A stretch of 64,000 nt of DNA from Giardia intestinalis. Taxonomy: Eukaryota. The translations under genes were made by a program, and so were the position numbers. The notes beneath the pieces were generated by a model, which was not told the origin of the DNA, ran no database searches, and saw only the letters and a list, made by a program, of their open reading frames with translations. The stretch's first letter is position 1, and every line of letters starts with the position of its first letter. Positions 53,101 through 63,200 of the stretch are shown one piece after another. The DNA lies in NCBI GenBank assembly GCA_000002435.2, contig CM018791.1. One strand, given 5' to 3'.

Positions 53101-55179
53101 AAACAGTTTACCATGACTCTGTGGCGCAGTGGCTGGAGCTGCTGAAGCAGAGTCTGAGTGTGGATATGAATGTAGTGTGTCATGATCTGCTGCATCAAGT
53201 GAAGGTTTTTGCTGTCCAACAACTGGAACAACACGTCCTTCCAAAATATCAAGAATATCACTCCTTCCTACGGAAATACAGACCTTCTTGATGAGGTCCA
53301 TAAGCTCTGCTTGTTTCCTAGCGTCTTTAGCTCCAAATCTGGCCTTTAAATTGACGAGTAAGTTAAATGCCGTTTGAGAAATCCCATCAGTAACTCTGGT
53401 AAAGAAGGCAAGGATCTCGGATATGTGGGCAACTATCCCAAATGCGTAAGCCTTCAAAGCTGGCGCCCGGATAACGGCAGAAGAATCGCCCAGCAGCTTG
53501 TCGAGACTATCGAAGACTAGGTTTAGTCCAGAGAAGTCACCGGGATCCTGAGGATTCTGCTGAGAGGGTGTAACATCAATAAGCATGGAATTGAAGCTCA
53601 CACGCTCTCTATGGACTCTAGACTTAAGCTGAATTCCAGGAGAAAGCTCTCCTGATACTGGCGTGCCTTCAGGAAGGGCCTTTTGAGCCCCAGGAAAGCC
53701 ATCGTTTAACAGGTAATTAATGACCACGTCTTCAAGCTCCTTGTACCGGGCGTAGTCTACAGAATTGGACCCTAATGTCTGTCCTGAAGGAGTCTGGCCA
53801 ATGGCTGACTGCAGGATCTGATTGGGAAGCTGGACACTAAGCTTTGTCTTTCCAAGATAATAAACAGTATTATATACTATAGCGCTTGCCCAGATAGTTC
53901 GGAGGAGTCGGCAGCTATCTTCCTTGACCTCAGAGTTTTTGTGTGGGATAGCTACAGCCCACATGTCTGCAGATATATCCGATAGTCGATGGGAGTGAAC
54001 TAAAAGAGAGTGCATGAAGAGATTATACCCGGCTATTACTGGTGCCTTGCGCTCCTTGAGCCGATTGGTGCAGGCCACAACGAGTAGCTTGCTTGTCGAG
54101 GAATATGGACCCATGGGACCAATAAGTACAGCGAGTGATGCAGCAAAGCGCATGGTGGCACTAACCACAGCAACACTTAGGTCAGAGTCTACTATAGTCT
54201 TTAATTGCTTGAAAATCTGGGGCAGGGAGAGCTGGGCACGATCTATCCGTGTAAGAGAAGAAAGAGCCTTGATTTGATCATCTAAAATCTGTTTCCGCTC
54301 CTTCCAATTCTTATCAGTAATCATCTTATCCCAATTCTTAGGCAAATGAAAGGAGGCAGGGACGCAATCATCAAATGGATCGTATGTAAAGCGTTGCACA
54401 ACAATCGGTGGAGAAATTGCACGTTTTCCCTCTGATGCTACCATTACCTTGCCATCCTGCGCCGACGATGAGTCACCGGCACCTTCCTGTTGCTTTTGGA
54501 GATCCTGAATGACCTCTTCCATGACGCCTTCAAAGGCGGTGATGTACTGTTTCGGAGTGTTGGGCCCAAGCATTCCCTTGATGGGTTCGACACCGACCTT
54601 CATGGCCAGGAGAGCAGCAATCTTCATGGCAGAACGGCGAACTTTCAGGTCCTTGTTTTGAAACACCGGGGCCACGAGGCGAACAAAAGGAGGCACATCC
54701 ATGCCAAAGATACCATACTTCTCCACGATAGCCTGAAGACAAAGAGCACTTTCGCTGAGCACCTTGGGGCTCTTTGCTGACAGTCCCGCTAATAGAGACT
54801 GGATAACAACATTGGGTTGCCCAGGAGCACTGTGCAGGCTTGCTCGAGCAGATAAAGCCACGAGAATGCCCTTGGCTTGATCCTTGAGGGCGGGCTTAGT
54901 ATTGGAGAGGCCCTTTTCAATCAAGACAGTGGCTATAGACTGAAACTGGTTCGCATCGAGCATATCTTGCCGCAACAATTCTTCTAACGCAGTGTACAGC
55001 TTCTTGAGCGCAAGAGGGTTTATCTCTCCAAGAAGAGACGGAAGGACGCCGGCAACAAGGCGTAGATGGGATTGGCAAACGGGGGCATCGTCCGGTACAA
55101 GGATCGCAAGGGCATCAAGGCGCTGCTTGGCATCCGCACTTCTTAACTTGGCAAGAAAGTCAGATTCGGCGTCTGCCAT
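50167..55179 (-). CDS. large (1670 aa) HEAT/ARM-repeat protein; N-terminus resembles a TOG domain (XMAP215/CLASP-like)
   Basis: Genuine ATG at 55179. The N-terminal ~230 aa show the alternating helical HEAT pattern (AKQRLDALAILV; KDQAKGILVALSARAS; LKVRRSAMKIAALLAMKVG). The TOG assignment is a pattern-level guess only. Confidence 0.6.
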   Translation of the reverse strand: MADAESDFLAKLRSADAKQRLDALAILVPDDAPVCQSHLRLVAGVLPSLLGEINPLALKKLYTALEELLRQDMLDANQFQSIATVLIEKGLSNTKPALKDQAKGILVALSARASLHSAPGQPNVVIQSLLAGLSAKSPKVLSESALCLQAIVEKYGIFGMDVPPFVRLVAPVFQNKDLKVRRSAMKIAALLAMKVGVEPIKGMLGPNTPKQYITAFEGVMEEVIQDLQKQQEGAGDSSSAQDGKVMVASEGKRAISPPIVVQRFTYDPFDDCVPASFHLPKNWDKMITDKNWKERKQILDDQIKALSSLTRIDRAQLSLPQIFKQLKTIVDSDLSVAVVSATMRFAASLAVLIGPMGPYSSTSKLLVVACTNRLKERKAPVIAGYNLFMHSLLVHSHRLSDISADMWAVAIPHKNSEVKEDSCRLLRTIWASAIVYNTVYYLGKTKLSVQLPNQILQSAIGQTPSGQTLGSNSVDYARYKELEDVVINYLLNDGFPGAQKALPEGTPVSGELSPGIQLKSRVHRERVSFNSMLIDVTPSQQNPQDPGDFSGLNLVFDSLDKLLGDSSAVIRAPALKAYAFGIVAHISEILAFFTRVTDGISQTAFNLLVNLKARFGAKDARKQAELMDLIKKVCISVGRSDILDILEGRVVPVVGQQKPSLDAADHDTLHSYPHSDSASAAPATAPQSHGKLFMPPSHQQPSQGAHTINAGVGGPGHNFVHSQLTGLEQANSSKNKLSAQRGIKPGIAPKEPRDQKDQELTISTNPNLYDQRKMSTIKWIIDPFNADAPVSLPARDELYNQLCQIIPSSYVADMFLKKASSNAPALLSGQQGIPRGIDAKFTGTSKTIVDTVSLLRNAMLGNHQGVVAQRDVLMKYISLLFCDGFAAPATPNTTQVKAACQITEDLINILIDNEVVLTISDLDYLFPAILARLEQFNMTQLKVQITSLAERHVHLTSFENIINVALMHLLGRNARIQIRQMPTKFAIIRLVSVMAEASRDNDHCLELSLAPIQSLLSIYKTSVNTDTYAFSEGHISENYPKLRGGSARTIFITCLASIINACDALVRTKLMPLIEKTLHDKDLQDFRALILPCMANQVDDQQSYMTQVAPENPPAPVDPLDGFSPAEHYANTSMRGQLGAQVFQSQKSMQSMTQASLQGPSLLTGPSLCQNTSMQSNNTSFSQQLSPQIVPADQLGHPLPPHGPPQLQKNYVTSYLKTAAANPSVADMPSPVTLTGTSPTHVLTNKVASPTSRLTDSFPPLVDFGSITLISPETSYTDRHYSIDSTRTPTTTRQFQPRNLAEVHPFDDVLSEEALHQLENQGHLQLAELENHVLALKRAVYLANTNQINVATLLPRFINAASNICHFFFLCEESSERPERKLRLLIIYAQFLHALCGPRGTILCAPRSCILSAITDMLVFMILFADSHIQSASCCYSALIDLMRSANITDVMTCLIILFMKVNACAKDPEKSLLQELHLLQSVHLVRSEVSEMLSSNGPALAILSNVLVRLWAKMRTPFMQLISLAHGCRLDVATHIFKCSDLVNQESLYKTSEASTTPAIYWKKVAKEYPEFITAVGTNTCIMTTTVPDILDQKGMQSTVLVLEDILLALNVFCLADAGTSCSALSQNMTSFVEELCSILGSEIYLYMRRAIHGPLRALIDQYVASSRS

Positions 55180-55252
55180 TGCGAGCTCCCGACGATTCTC
55201 TGTAGATTTGATAATTTAAAAAGTAAAATTAAAAAGTTGCTTCGTCCTATTT
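55180..55252. promoter_or_regulatory. 73-bp A/T-rich divergent intergenic region shared by genes 50167..55179 (-) and 55253..56350 (+)
   Basis: Contains gataatttaaaaagtaaaattaaaaag between two divergently oriented ATGs. Giardia promoters are short A/T-rich initiators next to the start codon. Confidence 0.3.
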
Positions 55253-56350
55253 ATGCCCGGTCTTCCTTGGTTGGTTAATTGTGTGCTCCTATCGGTATTT
55301 ATACCATCTCACTCTGAGATTGTAAAACTAGAACCATTAAGCAATATGTCTTTGAAAACTACACTAACTCTTCCGCCCCCCACCTCCAAGGGCTCGTTGA
55401 ACATTTCTCAAATTAAGCTAACTTTCCCACGCCCCCACGGATCAGTTTTTACAACACTAAAGCCATTCGATGGAACCCTGGAGTCCAGTGGTACTTCTCT
55501 TCAATTGATTTTTTCTTGCCAATCACCCAATTCGGTTAACAATTGCACCGTTCTCGTTGGTGAGCTTTTCAGCCAAGACTCGCCCCTTACAGACATCTCT
55601 CTCGACCTTGTAACGCCAGAATACTCCATTTTGTTTTCCAAATGTACCCTCGACATGGGCTCTAGTGGTGTAGTTGCCTGGAAGTCATCCGTCACAACTT
55701 TTAGCCCGGACTCTTCATTGGTTATTAACATCTCGACGTCGTCTAGCACAAGTGTTTCAGCCTGCACTAGTTTCACTATATCCTATGACGCTAAGTCTTT
55801 CACGTGCACCTCCACATCTAACAGTTTGTCCGCTACTAAAATTGGAGATAAGGAAATATCTATTTCACTGACTACAGCTAACTGTCCAGAGCTATCAGAG
55901 CATGCCAAAGGTATGCAGAAAGCACGGGCGATTCTTTACTCGTGTACATGCACTGTTTCGGGATCTGGTAGTAGTAGCCAGTCATCGACGCCATTTACAG
56001 TTCTCGAGCTTAGGAAGCCTCTGAATGTGGGTATTATCGTGTTGGATGTGTTCTTTATTGCAGGCATTATTGCATGCATTGTGCTGATTGTCATTGGGCT
56101 CCTGAAGTTCAGGGAGCCAAACAGTTGCAAATGCTTATCTAAATCGTGTACGCGAAAACGCACACATTCTGGCGCATTAAAGGATAGACAAGAGCAGACA
56201 CTGGCATCTGTGCCCGGTACTAACGACACCTTTTCCGTTGTGGAACCTTCTGTGCTGGGAGAGATACGGTCAGATAATGACCTTACTCAGATGAGTCATC
56301 ACGCCAATATAAGTGGGCCCAGGTTACTTTCCACCAACAGAGTCTCATAA
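55253..56350 (+). CDS. Ser/Thr-rich type I membrane protein (hypothetical)
   Basis: ATG at 55253. The N-terminal signal-like segment is MPGLPWLVNCVLLSVFIPSHS. The ectodomain is S/T-rich, with a single TM (IIVLDVFFIAGIIACIVLIVIGLL) near the C-terminus. Confidence 0.55.
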   Translation: MPGLPWLVNCVLLSVFIPSHSEIVKLEPLSNMSLKTTLTLPPPTSKGSLNISQIKLTFPRPHGSVFTTLKPFDGTLESSGTSLQLIFSCQSPNSVNNCTVLVGELFSQDSPLTDISLDLVTPEYSILFSKCTLDMGSSGVVAWKSSVTTFSPDSSLVINISTSSSTSVSACTSFTISYDAKSFTCTSTSNSLSATKIGDKEISISLTTANCPELSEHAKGMQKARAILYSCTCTVSGSGSSSQSSTPFTVLELRKPLNVGIIVLDVFFIAGIIACIVLIVIGLLKFREPNSCKCLSKSCTRKRTHSGALKDRQEQTLASVPGTNDTFSVVEPSVLGEIRSDNDLTQMSHHANISGPRLLSTNRVS

Positions 56351-56759
56351 CAGTTTTCCCAGAGCATGCTTAATTGGTATAGAATACTATTAACAACTAT
56401 CATTAAACAAGTTGACCTAGATGTTGCAATGTTAGAATCTTTTAGAATGTAAATTGTTAGCTGAATGGTCAACTGTCATAAGAGCGTTGTTGTGTGGGTT
56501 TGGTGTCTGATTGTCGATGAAGGCTTCAGACCCACGTGTCACAACCAGAAGCGATGACTAGGTTGTGAGCCCTGAGCAATCAACATATATTGAAGACGCT
56601 TGTCGCTTGCTATATATTGCATTTCAATAGTGGATAGCCTAAACGGAATTAGTATCTAAAGGTTCATCTACTATACGTCAAGATAGGCCGTAAGTTAAAC
56701 ATTTTGATTGATAAAATAAAAGGTCTAGCAAACGTCATCAACCGAATTGCTTCATACTC

Positions 56760-59700
56760 ATGCTTATGCTTTTAATATGCTTGTGCTTATGTTTATCAAC
56801 GTTTCCTTTTCCCTCTCCGCCCGATCCTGTGACTCTCAACTTTAAATATCTCTCGCTTTTCACAGCTATTAAGCCCTTCTACGTACTTGGTGACAGAGCT
56901 CAGTATCCACAAGAACTGATAGAGAAATACCTAAAATCTTTGTCGCAATATGCAAAGGGTTACGCTTCTTTATTTAGTGCAAATAAACAGGGCTGGGATG
57001 ACATGCTCCCGCTGACAAGTGCCCCGACGATGCGAGGGCACATAAGCAGGATGCTGATGATGTCTATTGCATATCAGACAGAGGGGTCTGCTCTTTACAA
57101 AGACGAGTCATGCTTTCACAAGATTTTATCAGCATTTGTTACTCTATCGCAGCATTACACGGCAGGAATACCATGCACACCGGACGAATACTTGTGGAGC
57201 TTGGTTATCCCTGATGAAATCATCAATCTTTTGATTGTTCTAAACAATATTTATATACCCACCAACAATGTCGAATATGAAAAAGGTCTCCGCGCGATCC
57301 TACAAGGCTTGTTCACGATCCCTGCCAAGTCTCAGCTAGTGCAGGAGTGCACAGGAGATCCCACCGAATGGTATGATGATACCAGGTGTCCCGTGAGTGC
57401 CGTTCTCATGGAGCTCTGTGCAGCGAAGATTGTGATTTTCAGCTCCTTAATGGTCGGCGACCTCAGCTCCATGACCAAATACTACAACAGAGTGAGCGCA
57501 CTCCTTGAAGCACGTGACCCTGACTACGACGTCGTCCCTCAACCTGTCCTCTATGACGGGTTCCGCACTGATGGCACCTTTGTTGAATATTATTCCAGCG
57601 TGATTTTTGGGTCCACCGGGCAATCGCTGCTCTACCTGCTTTCCTGCATCCTTGCCCCGGCCAAGCAGATCGAGGAGGCTCTACTTTCAAACAAGAGCCC
57701 GGGCGACGTTGTCAAGATTACATCCCAGGTCTCAACCATTTTGCAGGAGGTTGCCACATACTTCACTGGCACAATCCTGCCCTTTGTGGCGAACTGTGGA
57801 TTTGTCGACTCCTTGTCTGGAGCAGAGGTGGCATCAGGGGTTGACAATCCATACAAGCGCCTAGGTAATATACTCATTGGACTGTTTCAGATTGTCTCCG
57901 TCGCCAACTCCAGTGGATACAGCCTCCATGCATCCTACGAACGCATCTACAAGCACTGCAACTACTTCATACTCAACTGCCCACAACTTAAGGTTCACCT
58001 GATTTCTCACCTAAACTTTCCTACTCTCGGACTGTGGAACAAGGTCACGGGGGTCTTTCTATCTTCTCCCGCGTACCCTGGCGAACTCATGGTTGGGCAC
58101 TATCCGCTCATTCACGGAGACCACTATGCCTACCAGGCAAGGCATTTCTCCCTGATAATCGCCATGAACTCGTATCGTACGCGGAACTTTCAGTGCATTA
58201 ATGATCTCAACAAGCTCGGGTTCTATCAGGCGGCAGGGGCAGTCTTTCCCTTTGTCAGAGACCACCCGAAGCAATATGAGGACTATGTTCTGCTGGCATC
58301 ATCGCATGATTATGCAGGCATTATATATGATTCGGGCTATCTGCCAGATTGCTCATCTCAATCCCATCTCTATGGAACACTTTCACCTGGACGCTTTGTC
58401 TCTAGCATAACAGATGGCACGCATGGGAGCGCAACGATGGATTACTATAATGCCTACTCCAACACCATCCGTTATAAGACCATCTACCTCATGGAGTCTC
58501 TCAGTGAAGGGCTCCATGTGGCTCAGCTGACTTCCACCAAGACGAGATCTATTACCCTAATAGCAAATCTGGCTACTATTCCACTTGGTGAGAAAGATAC
58601 GAAAGAAGTGTACGTTGATGGAATTAAACAAACTTCCGTCGGGAACTATTCGTTCTTGCTGGCAAGAAAGATTCTCTTTAAGATAACCCCACATTCTGGC
58701 AAAGCATATGCTGCAGCTCTTATTTTCCCTGTAAGCTTAAGCGGAATCATTAGTGACATGGCAGTAATACGATCGTACAACTATGTTGGGGGGAAAGCAC
58801 ATATCACAAAATCCTTCCATGTCCTTATTGTCACAACAACCTTACAGAGGGCTTCACCCTCTCCAGGCAGCGGCCAGTGGCAGCCTTTTCAGTCTCTTGT
58901 GTATTCCTACTATCCCTATCTTCCTATAGACACTACAGACGATCAACTTAATGGTTTGATGAATAGCTACACTCTATCCTTTGGTGGTGGCTCTCAAGCT
59001 GAGCACACAGTCGACGACAATACTGGAATGCTTTCCTACACACAGGGAGACAATAGGATCATCGCCCTTAACTTCTATAGTGCCGGCACAGCCACACTCT
59101 ATGGCTCAACTACTATCCAGTCTAGTGTCATCTCGCAAGTGCTCTTTGTGCAGGCTCCAGGAAAGTACACCATCACCGTCAGAAATCCTGTGTCTTCCAC
59201 AGCTACCGAAATCAGACTAGAACTTAACGGCCTTGCAGACATGGTGAGCGTTCAGCACTGGTGCACCACCGGGGGATCGACGGGAGCAAACAATCTGTAC
59301 GTTGTGGCACGCCTTAGCAGAATAGCCACGTGTCAAATAGTTGTCACGCGTGGCGCGTCTCCTGCGCCTCTGCCCTCCAACATTCCTCCTTCCACAGGTC
59401 GCCCGCCGTATGTGCCACCTTCTGAACCGCTAGATGACCTGTTGTATGACACATCTACCGATATAATCAAGATACTCACTCCCAATGGAAATAGAATGCG
59501 CGATGATTGGATAATAGCAACCTCTGTTATAGTTGTCATCGTATTCATGGCAATCTGCGTAGGAATTGGTACCTGGAAGTGTAGGGTGATGCGTAAAGCC
59601 TTGATGCATGTACACAATAAGTCGCACAGGTTTGAGCCCATTAACATTTCTGAGACCATTACTCATCTCAACAATCAGGCATCAGATGTTGATGTGGCAC

Positions 59701-59834
59701 AAAGTCAGGGATCTCCTAGATTCAATATCACTAATAGCCACATGACTCTTGAAGAGGCTATACAAATATCAAAAGCAATTGATGGTTCTAGAAGCTGGAC
59801 ATTTGAAAGCTCTAGGAGGCAAAAGCTCGAATGA
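56760..59834 (+). CDS. large (1024 aa) secreted/type I membrane protein (hypothetical)
   Basis: ATG at 56760. Hydrophobic N-terminus MLMLLICLCLCLSTF and a C-terminal TM (WIIATSVIVVIVFMAICVGIGTW) followed by a short cytoplasmic tail. Confidence 0.6.
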   Translation: MLMLLICLCLCLSTFPFPSPPDPVTLNFKYLSLFTAIKPFYVLGDRAQYPQELIEKYLKSLSQYAKGYASLFSANKQGWDDMLPLTSAPTMRGHISRMLMMSIAYQTEGSALYKDESCFHKILSAFVTLSQHYTAGIPCTPDEYLWSLVIPDEIINLLIVLNNIYIPTNNVEYEKGLRAILQGLFTIPAKSQLVQECTGDPTEWYDDTRCPVSAVLMELCAAKIVIFSSLMVGDLSSMTKYYNRVSALLEARDPDYDVVPQPVLYDGFRTDGTFVEYYSSVIFGSTGQSLLYLLSCILAPAKQIEEALLSNKSPGDVVKITSQVSTILQEVATYFTGTILPFVANCGFVDSLSGAEVASGVDNPYKRLGNILIGLFQIVSVANSSGYSLHASYERIYKHCNYFILNCPQLKVHLISHLNFPTLGLWNKVTGVFLSSPAYPGELMVGHYPLIHGDHYAYQARHFSLIIAMNSYRTRNFQCINDLNKLGFYQAAGAVFPFVRDHPKQYEDYVLLASSHDYAGIIYDSGYLPDCSSQSHLYGTLSPGRFVSSITDGTHGSATMDYYNAYSNTIRYKTIYLMESLSEGLHVAQLTSTKTRSITLIANLATIPLGEKDTKEVYVDGIKQTSVGNYSFLLARKILFKITPHSGKAYAAALIFPVSLSGIISDMAVIRSYNYVGGKAHITKSFHVLIVTTTLQRASPSPGSGQWQPFQSLVYSYYPYLPIDTTDDQLNGLMNSYTLSFGGGSQAEHTVDDNTGMLSYTQGDNRIIALNFYSAGTATLYGSTTIQSSVISQVLFVQAPGKYTITVRNPVSSTATEIRLELNGLADMVSVQHWCTTGGSTGANNLYVVARLSRIATCQIVVTRGASPAPLPSNIPPSTGRPPYVPPSEPLDDLLYDTSTDIIKILTPNGNRMRDDWIIATSVIVVIVFMAICVGIGTWKCRVMRKALMHVHNKSHRFEPINISETITHLNNQASDVDVAQSQGSPRFNITNSHMTLEEAIQISKAIDGSRSWTFESSRRQKLE

Positions 59835-60248
59835 CTTGCGAAGACGTGCAAAAAAGTAGACAAAGTGCCTACAGAATAAAACCCCTTTACCAAGATTGGT
59901 CGTGACTTTTATTGTAAATTTATGAAGGCTAAAAGTGCAATCAGCTATGTCTCAATAAGTGTAAAAGGCATAGCGACGAAGCGTGAGAATAGCAACTTTG
60001 AAAAGCCTCATTACCATACAGATAAAGATAGACTTCTTTGGCGATCAGAGAACGGAAGACACTGCGAGTGTGAACATAGCCGTTAACGCCCGGCGAAGTG
60101 AGTGTAGCATACATGCACACTATAGAACGAAAGCCATAGTTAGTTTGCAGCGCACATGACTCCGTACAACTCCCTTAGCACCTGTACTTGACGTTGGACG
60201 GTCTTTGATACTTTTATTAATGCAGTGAAAATAGTAAAAGTTCCTGGG

Positions 60249-63200
60249 ATGGTTATGGGCCGGCGCAGGCCTAAATATTATCTTTATATTGATGGATGTT
60301 ACTCCAAAAAGGGCCACGTGTGCTCCCTAAACAACAAAGCACTCAATCGACTGCTGGACTATGCAAGAACAACCTCCGAAAATATCTCCTTCATCTTTCA
60401 GTACCTCGGCAGTTGCACAAAGAAGTATGCTCACAAGAATAAAATACCCCATTTACAAGTCAGTTGCGAGGTGTACAAGCGCTTATTCTATGAATGCTTT
60501 TCATTTATATCCTCCAGCTGGTATACACTTCTCATAGATGTCTCTCTGTTTCTCTTAGCATCCTCTGGCTTCACTATCAGATGTATCGGGCTAGATCTCT
60601 TTGCCACGTTCTATGCAATCCCTATAAATATTTCCCAGATATCTCGTACAGTCAGTCAAGGTAGAAAGCTCACTACATCATCGCTTCAGTATATTGATTT
60701 ACCACTAGATAGGTCTGATGCAGTGGCTACCTTTCTTCGCAACAACCAGGAACGCTTGCTGCGTGGAATTAACAGCCTAGCGGCAAGCCTTACGCGATTC
60801 AATCCTGCATTTCCTTTTCTCGACATGCTCGCCATTCACTTTGCATCAACCCTTTGCTTCCTGTGGCTGTATTTTACATACTGTACATTGTTGTTGAACG
60901 TAGGTGAGGCCAACATCAACTACCGCAATCTAGCGGGCGCGCTTTTGGTTGCATATACAATTTCAAGGAATATCGGTGTACTTGATAATCTTGCAGGTGC
61001 AATCCAAGTTTCTATCAATAGTGGTCAGATACTACTCCAACGCAACGTAGAAATTCTATTAGACTATTACAATCTTTACCATAGAGTTCTGAGCAACGCT
61101 CTCAGCAACAAAGATGTCATGCTACGTGGCCCCATGGCTACTCCGCGTGGGTTACCCAGCAGCTTCGCGGAAACTGAAAAGGGCACCCCGTGGTCCAGTC
61201 TCCTCGCTGTGTTAGAGTGTTCCGCCGGTTTGTCTACTAATGCTATGGTGGTCAATGACATTAACTTCCTCTTCGACAAAGATCGGACTCGATCGTTTCC
61301 AGAACAAGGTGTCCTCTGCTACTGGCGTCTGATTATTAAATCTCTATCACTGGTATTCCAGGAGCAAGTGGAAGATGCAACTAAGCCTCTCCTTACAGAG
61401 GATAAAAGCTCTACCTCACTCATGTTGATTGAAAAGCCAGCGTCGGTACTGGACTCCAACGCAGCCCGTGTTCTAGCCCTTTTTTCGAAGACGCGTACTG
61501 AGATATTGTTTAGGTTGATTAATGGTGTCTCCGATGGTAGCCACGTTCTTGTACACGCACCGTCCATCTTCCACTGGGCTCAGCACCATATACTAACGTC
61601 TCGGGTTGTCTCGGCAACAATGCTTAGGCTTCTCGTTCTGGAACTAGTTAAGTTCCGCCAGATGTGCCTTTTGGCGGGGACCAACATACAGATCTCTAAT
61701 GTTTATTTGCACGGGATCGCAACAGTGCTCTTGATGGACTGTCCCTACGCGCTCTTTAATCTCATTTTGGCTATGATAATGTCGCAGCAATCCTCTAAAG
61801 ATATTGAGCCAGACGTGGTAAGACAGCTGTTTATTCACTGTGCCGAGCCTGATACTCTAGAGGCAAGCTTTTTGGCTGACTTTCTCCTCCCAGCTGACGC
61901 AGAGAAGGTGGTCAGCGATTCCTTGCTTCTTCAGATGCGTGATGATATCTCTATTATTGCAATCGAGCTTCTAGGAGCTCTCCCGTACCTAAATAACGAG
62001 CTATCACGAATTTTTCTCAAGCGCCTCTACAAGTTACTGTACCACCTGCGCACGTTTTTCTTTACTAAAATCATTGCGCTTGAGCCATCAGTTCAAGCTG
62101 CATACGACACTTTCTTATCTAAAATACATGATATGCTTCTTCAGCATGCAATGGTAATAGTTTCCTCTGGGTTTTCTAATGCGCAAATTCAACTAGACGT
62201 GATACTGAAAGCCCAAGTCAATAACCTATCACTCAGTACAGAAATGGAGAGGCGAGAATTTCCTCAGGGCAGTACTGATAGACTCCATGATGAGCCCTCC
62301 AACCAAAGCAAGTGCACTGCTGTTCGGCAAGCAGATAAGCACAAGAGACTTACTAGTACCTTAACAAATATGACTTTATACGACCACAGAGTATCTTGTA
62401 CCGACGATGCTGACCTATTAAGCTTTACATCTCTTCAGTCGTTGCAGTCAAAGTGTGGTCAATACGACTCACGACCATATATTTTTGAGTGCATAAAGGC
62501 TTCTCGTTTCTGGGAAGTATTAATAACAGTTACTTCCAGCTGTTTTCGTGACAGGCTTTCTAACGTTAAGTATGGGGTAGACCATTTAGTCACTGACTTC
62601 CTCTGCTGCTCGTGCTTCCGAGCGCTTGTCAACATTCTTCACGAATCACCTTCAAGTAACTATGCTTGCCCTCCCACTCTAACGATTAGAAGGCCGTCAT
62701 CTTCAGCACACGTCCATCCTTACAGTCCCTTTGAGTCCAATATTACTAACTCGGCTTTTTTTCACGATGCCTCAGTCAACTTGTTTGAACAAATGCCATT
62801 TCAAGACCATGAGGTGAGTGCTGGGGCGTATTATAACACTGGAGATCCTAACGATACTACTGATAATGCTGGGTCAAGCCTTTCTCTAGGGAAATCAACT
62901 ATAAGTGTAATAGGATCTCAGGCCGTGCGCCTTTCGGCTTACTTGACTGCTATTTCGATGACGCCACTTGAGCCTCAGGCGCCCTCCCAGTCAATAAAAG
63001 ACGAGCCTTATCATACTCTGGCATTTGCTGCAAAGAACCGTGAGCCAGGGATAGATATACCCCAAGCGTTTCTGGCACAGCAGGAAACAGGTTCCTCGGA
63101 GCCTGCACTGCTTCGCTCACCAATAAGCACGTATACCCTTATTGCAACGATTCTTTCGGAGACAACCCTTATGAAGACGCTACTCTCTTGTGTGCGGGGG

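Noticed and set aside
60361-60540. Short ORF MQEQPPKISPSS... at 60361
   Set aside because: It stops after ~60 codons, and the overlapping long frame 60249..>64000 is the more credible gene.
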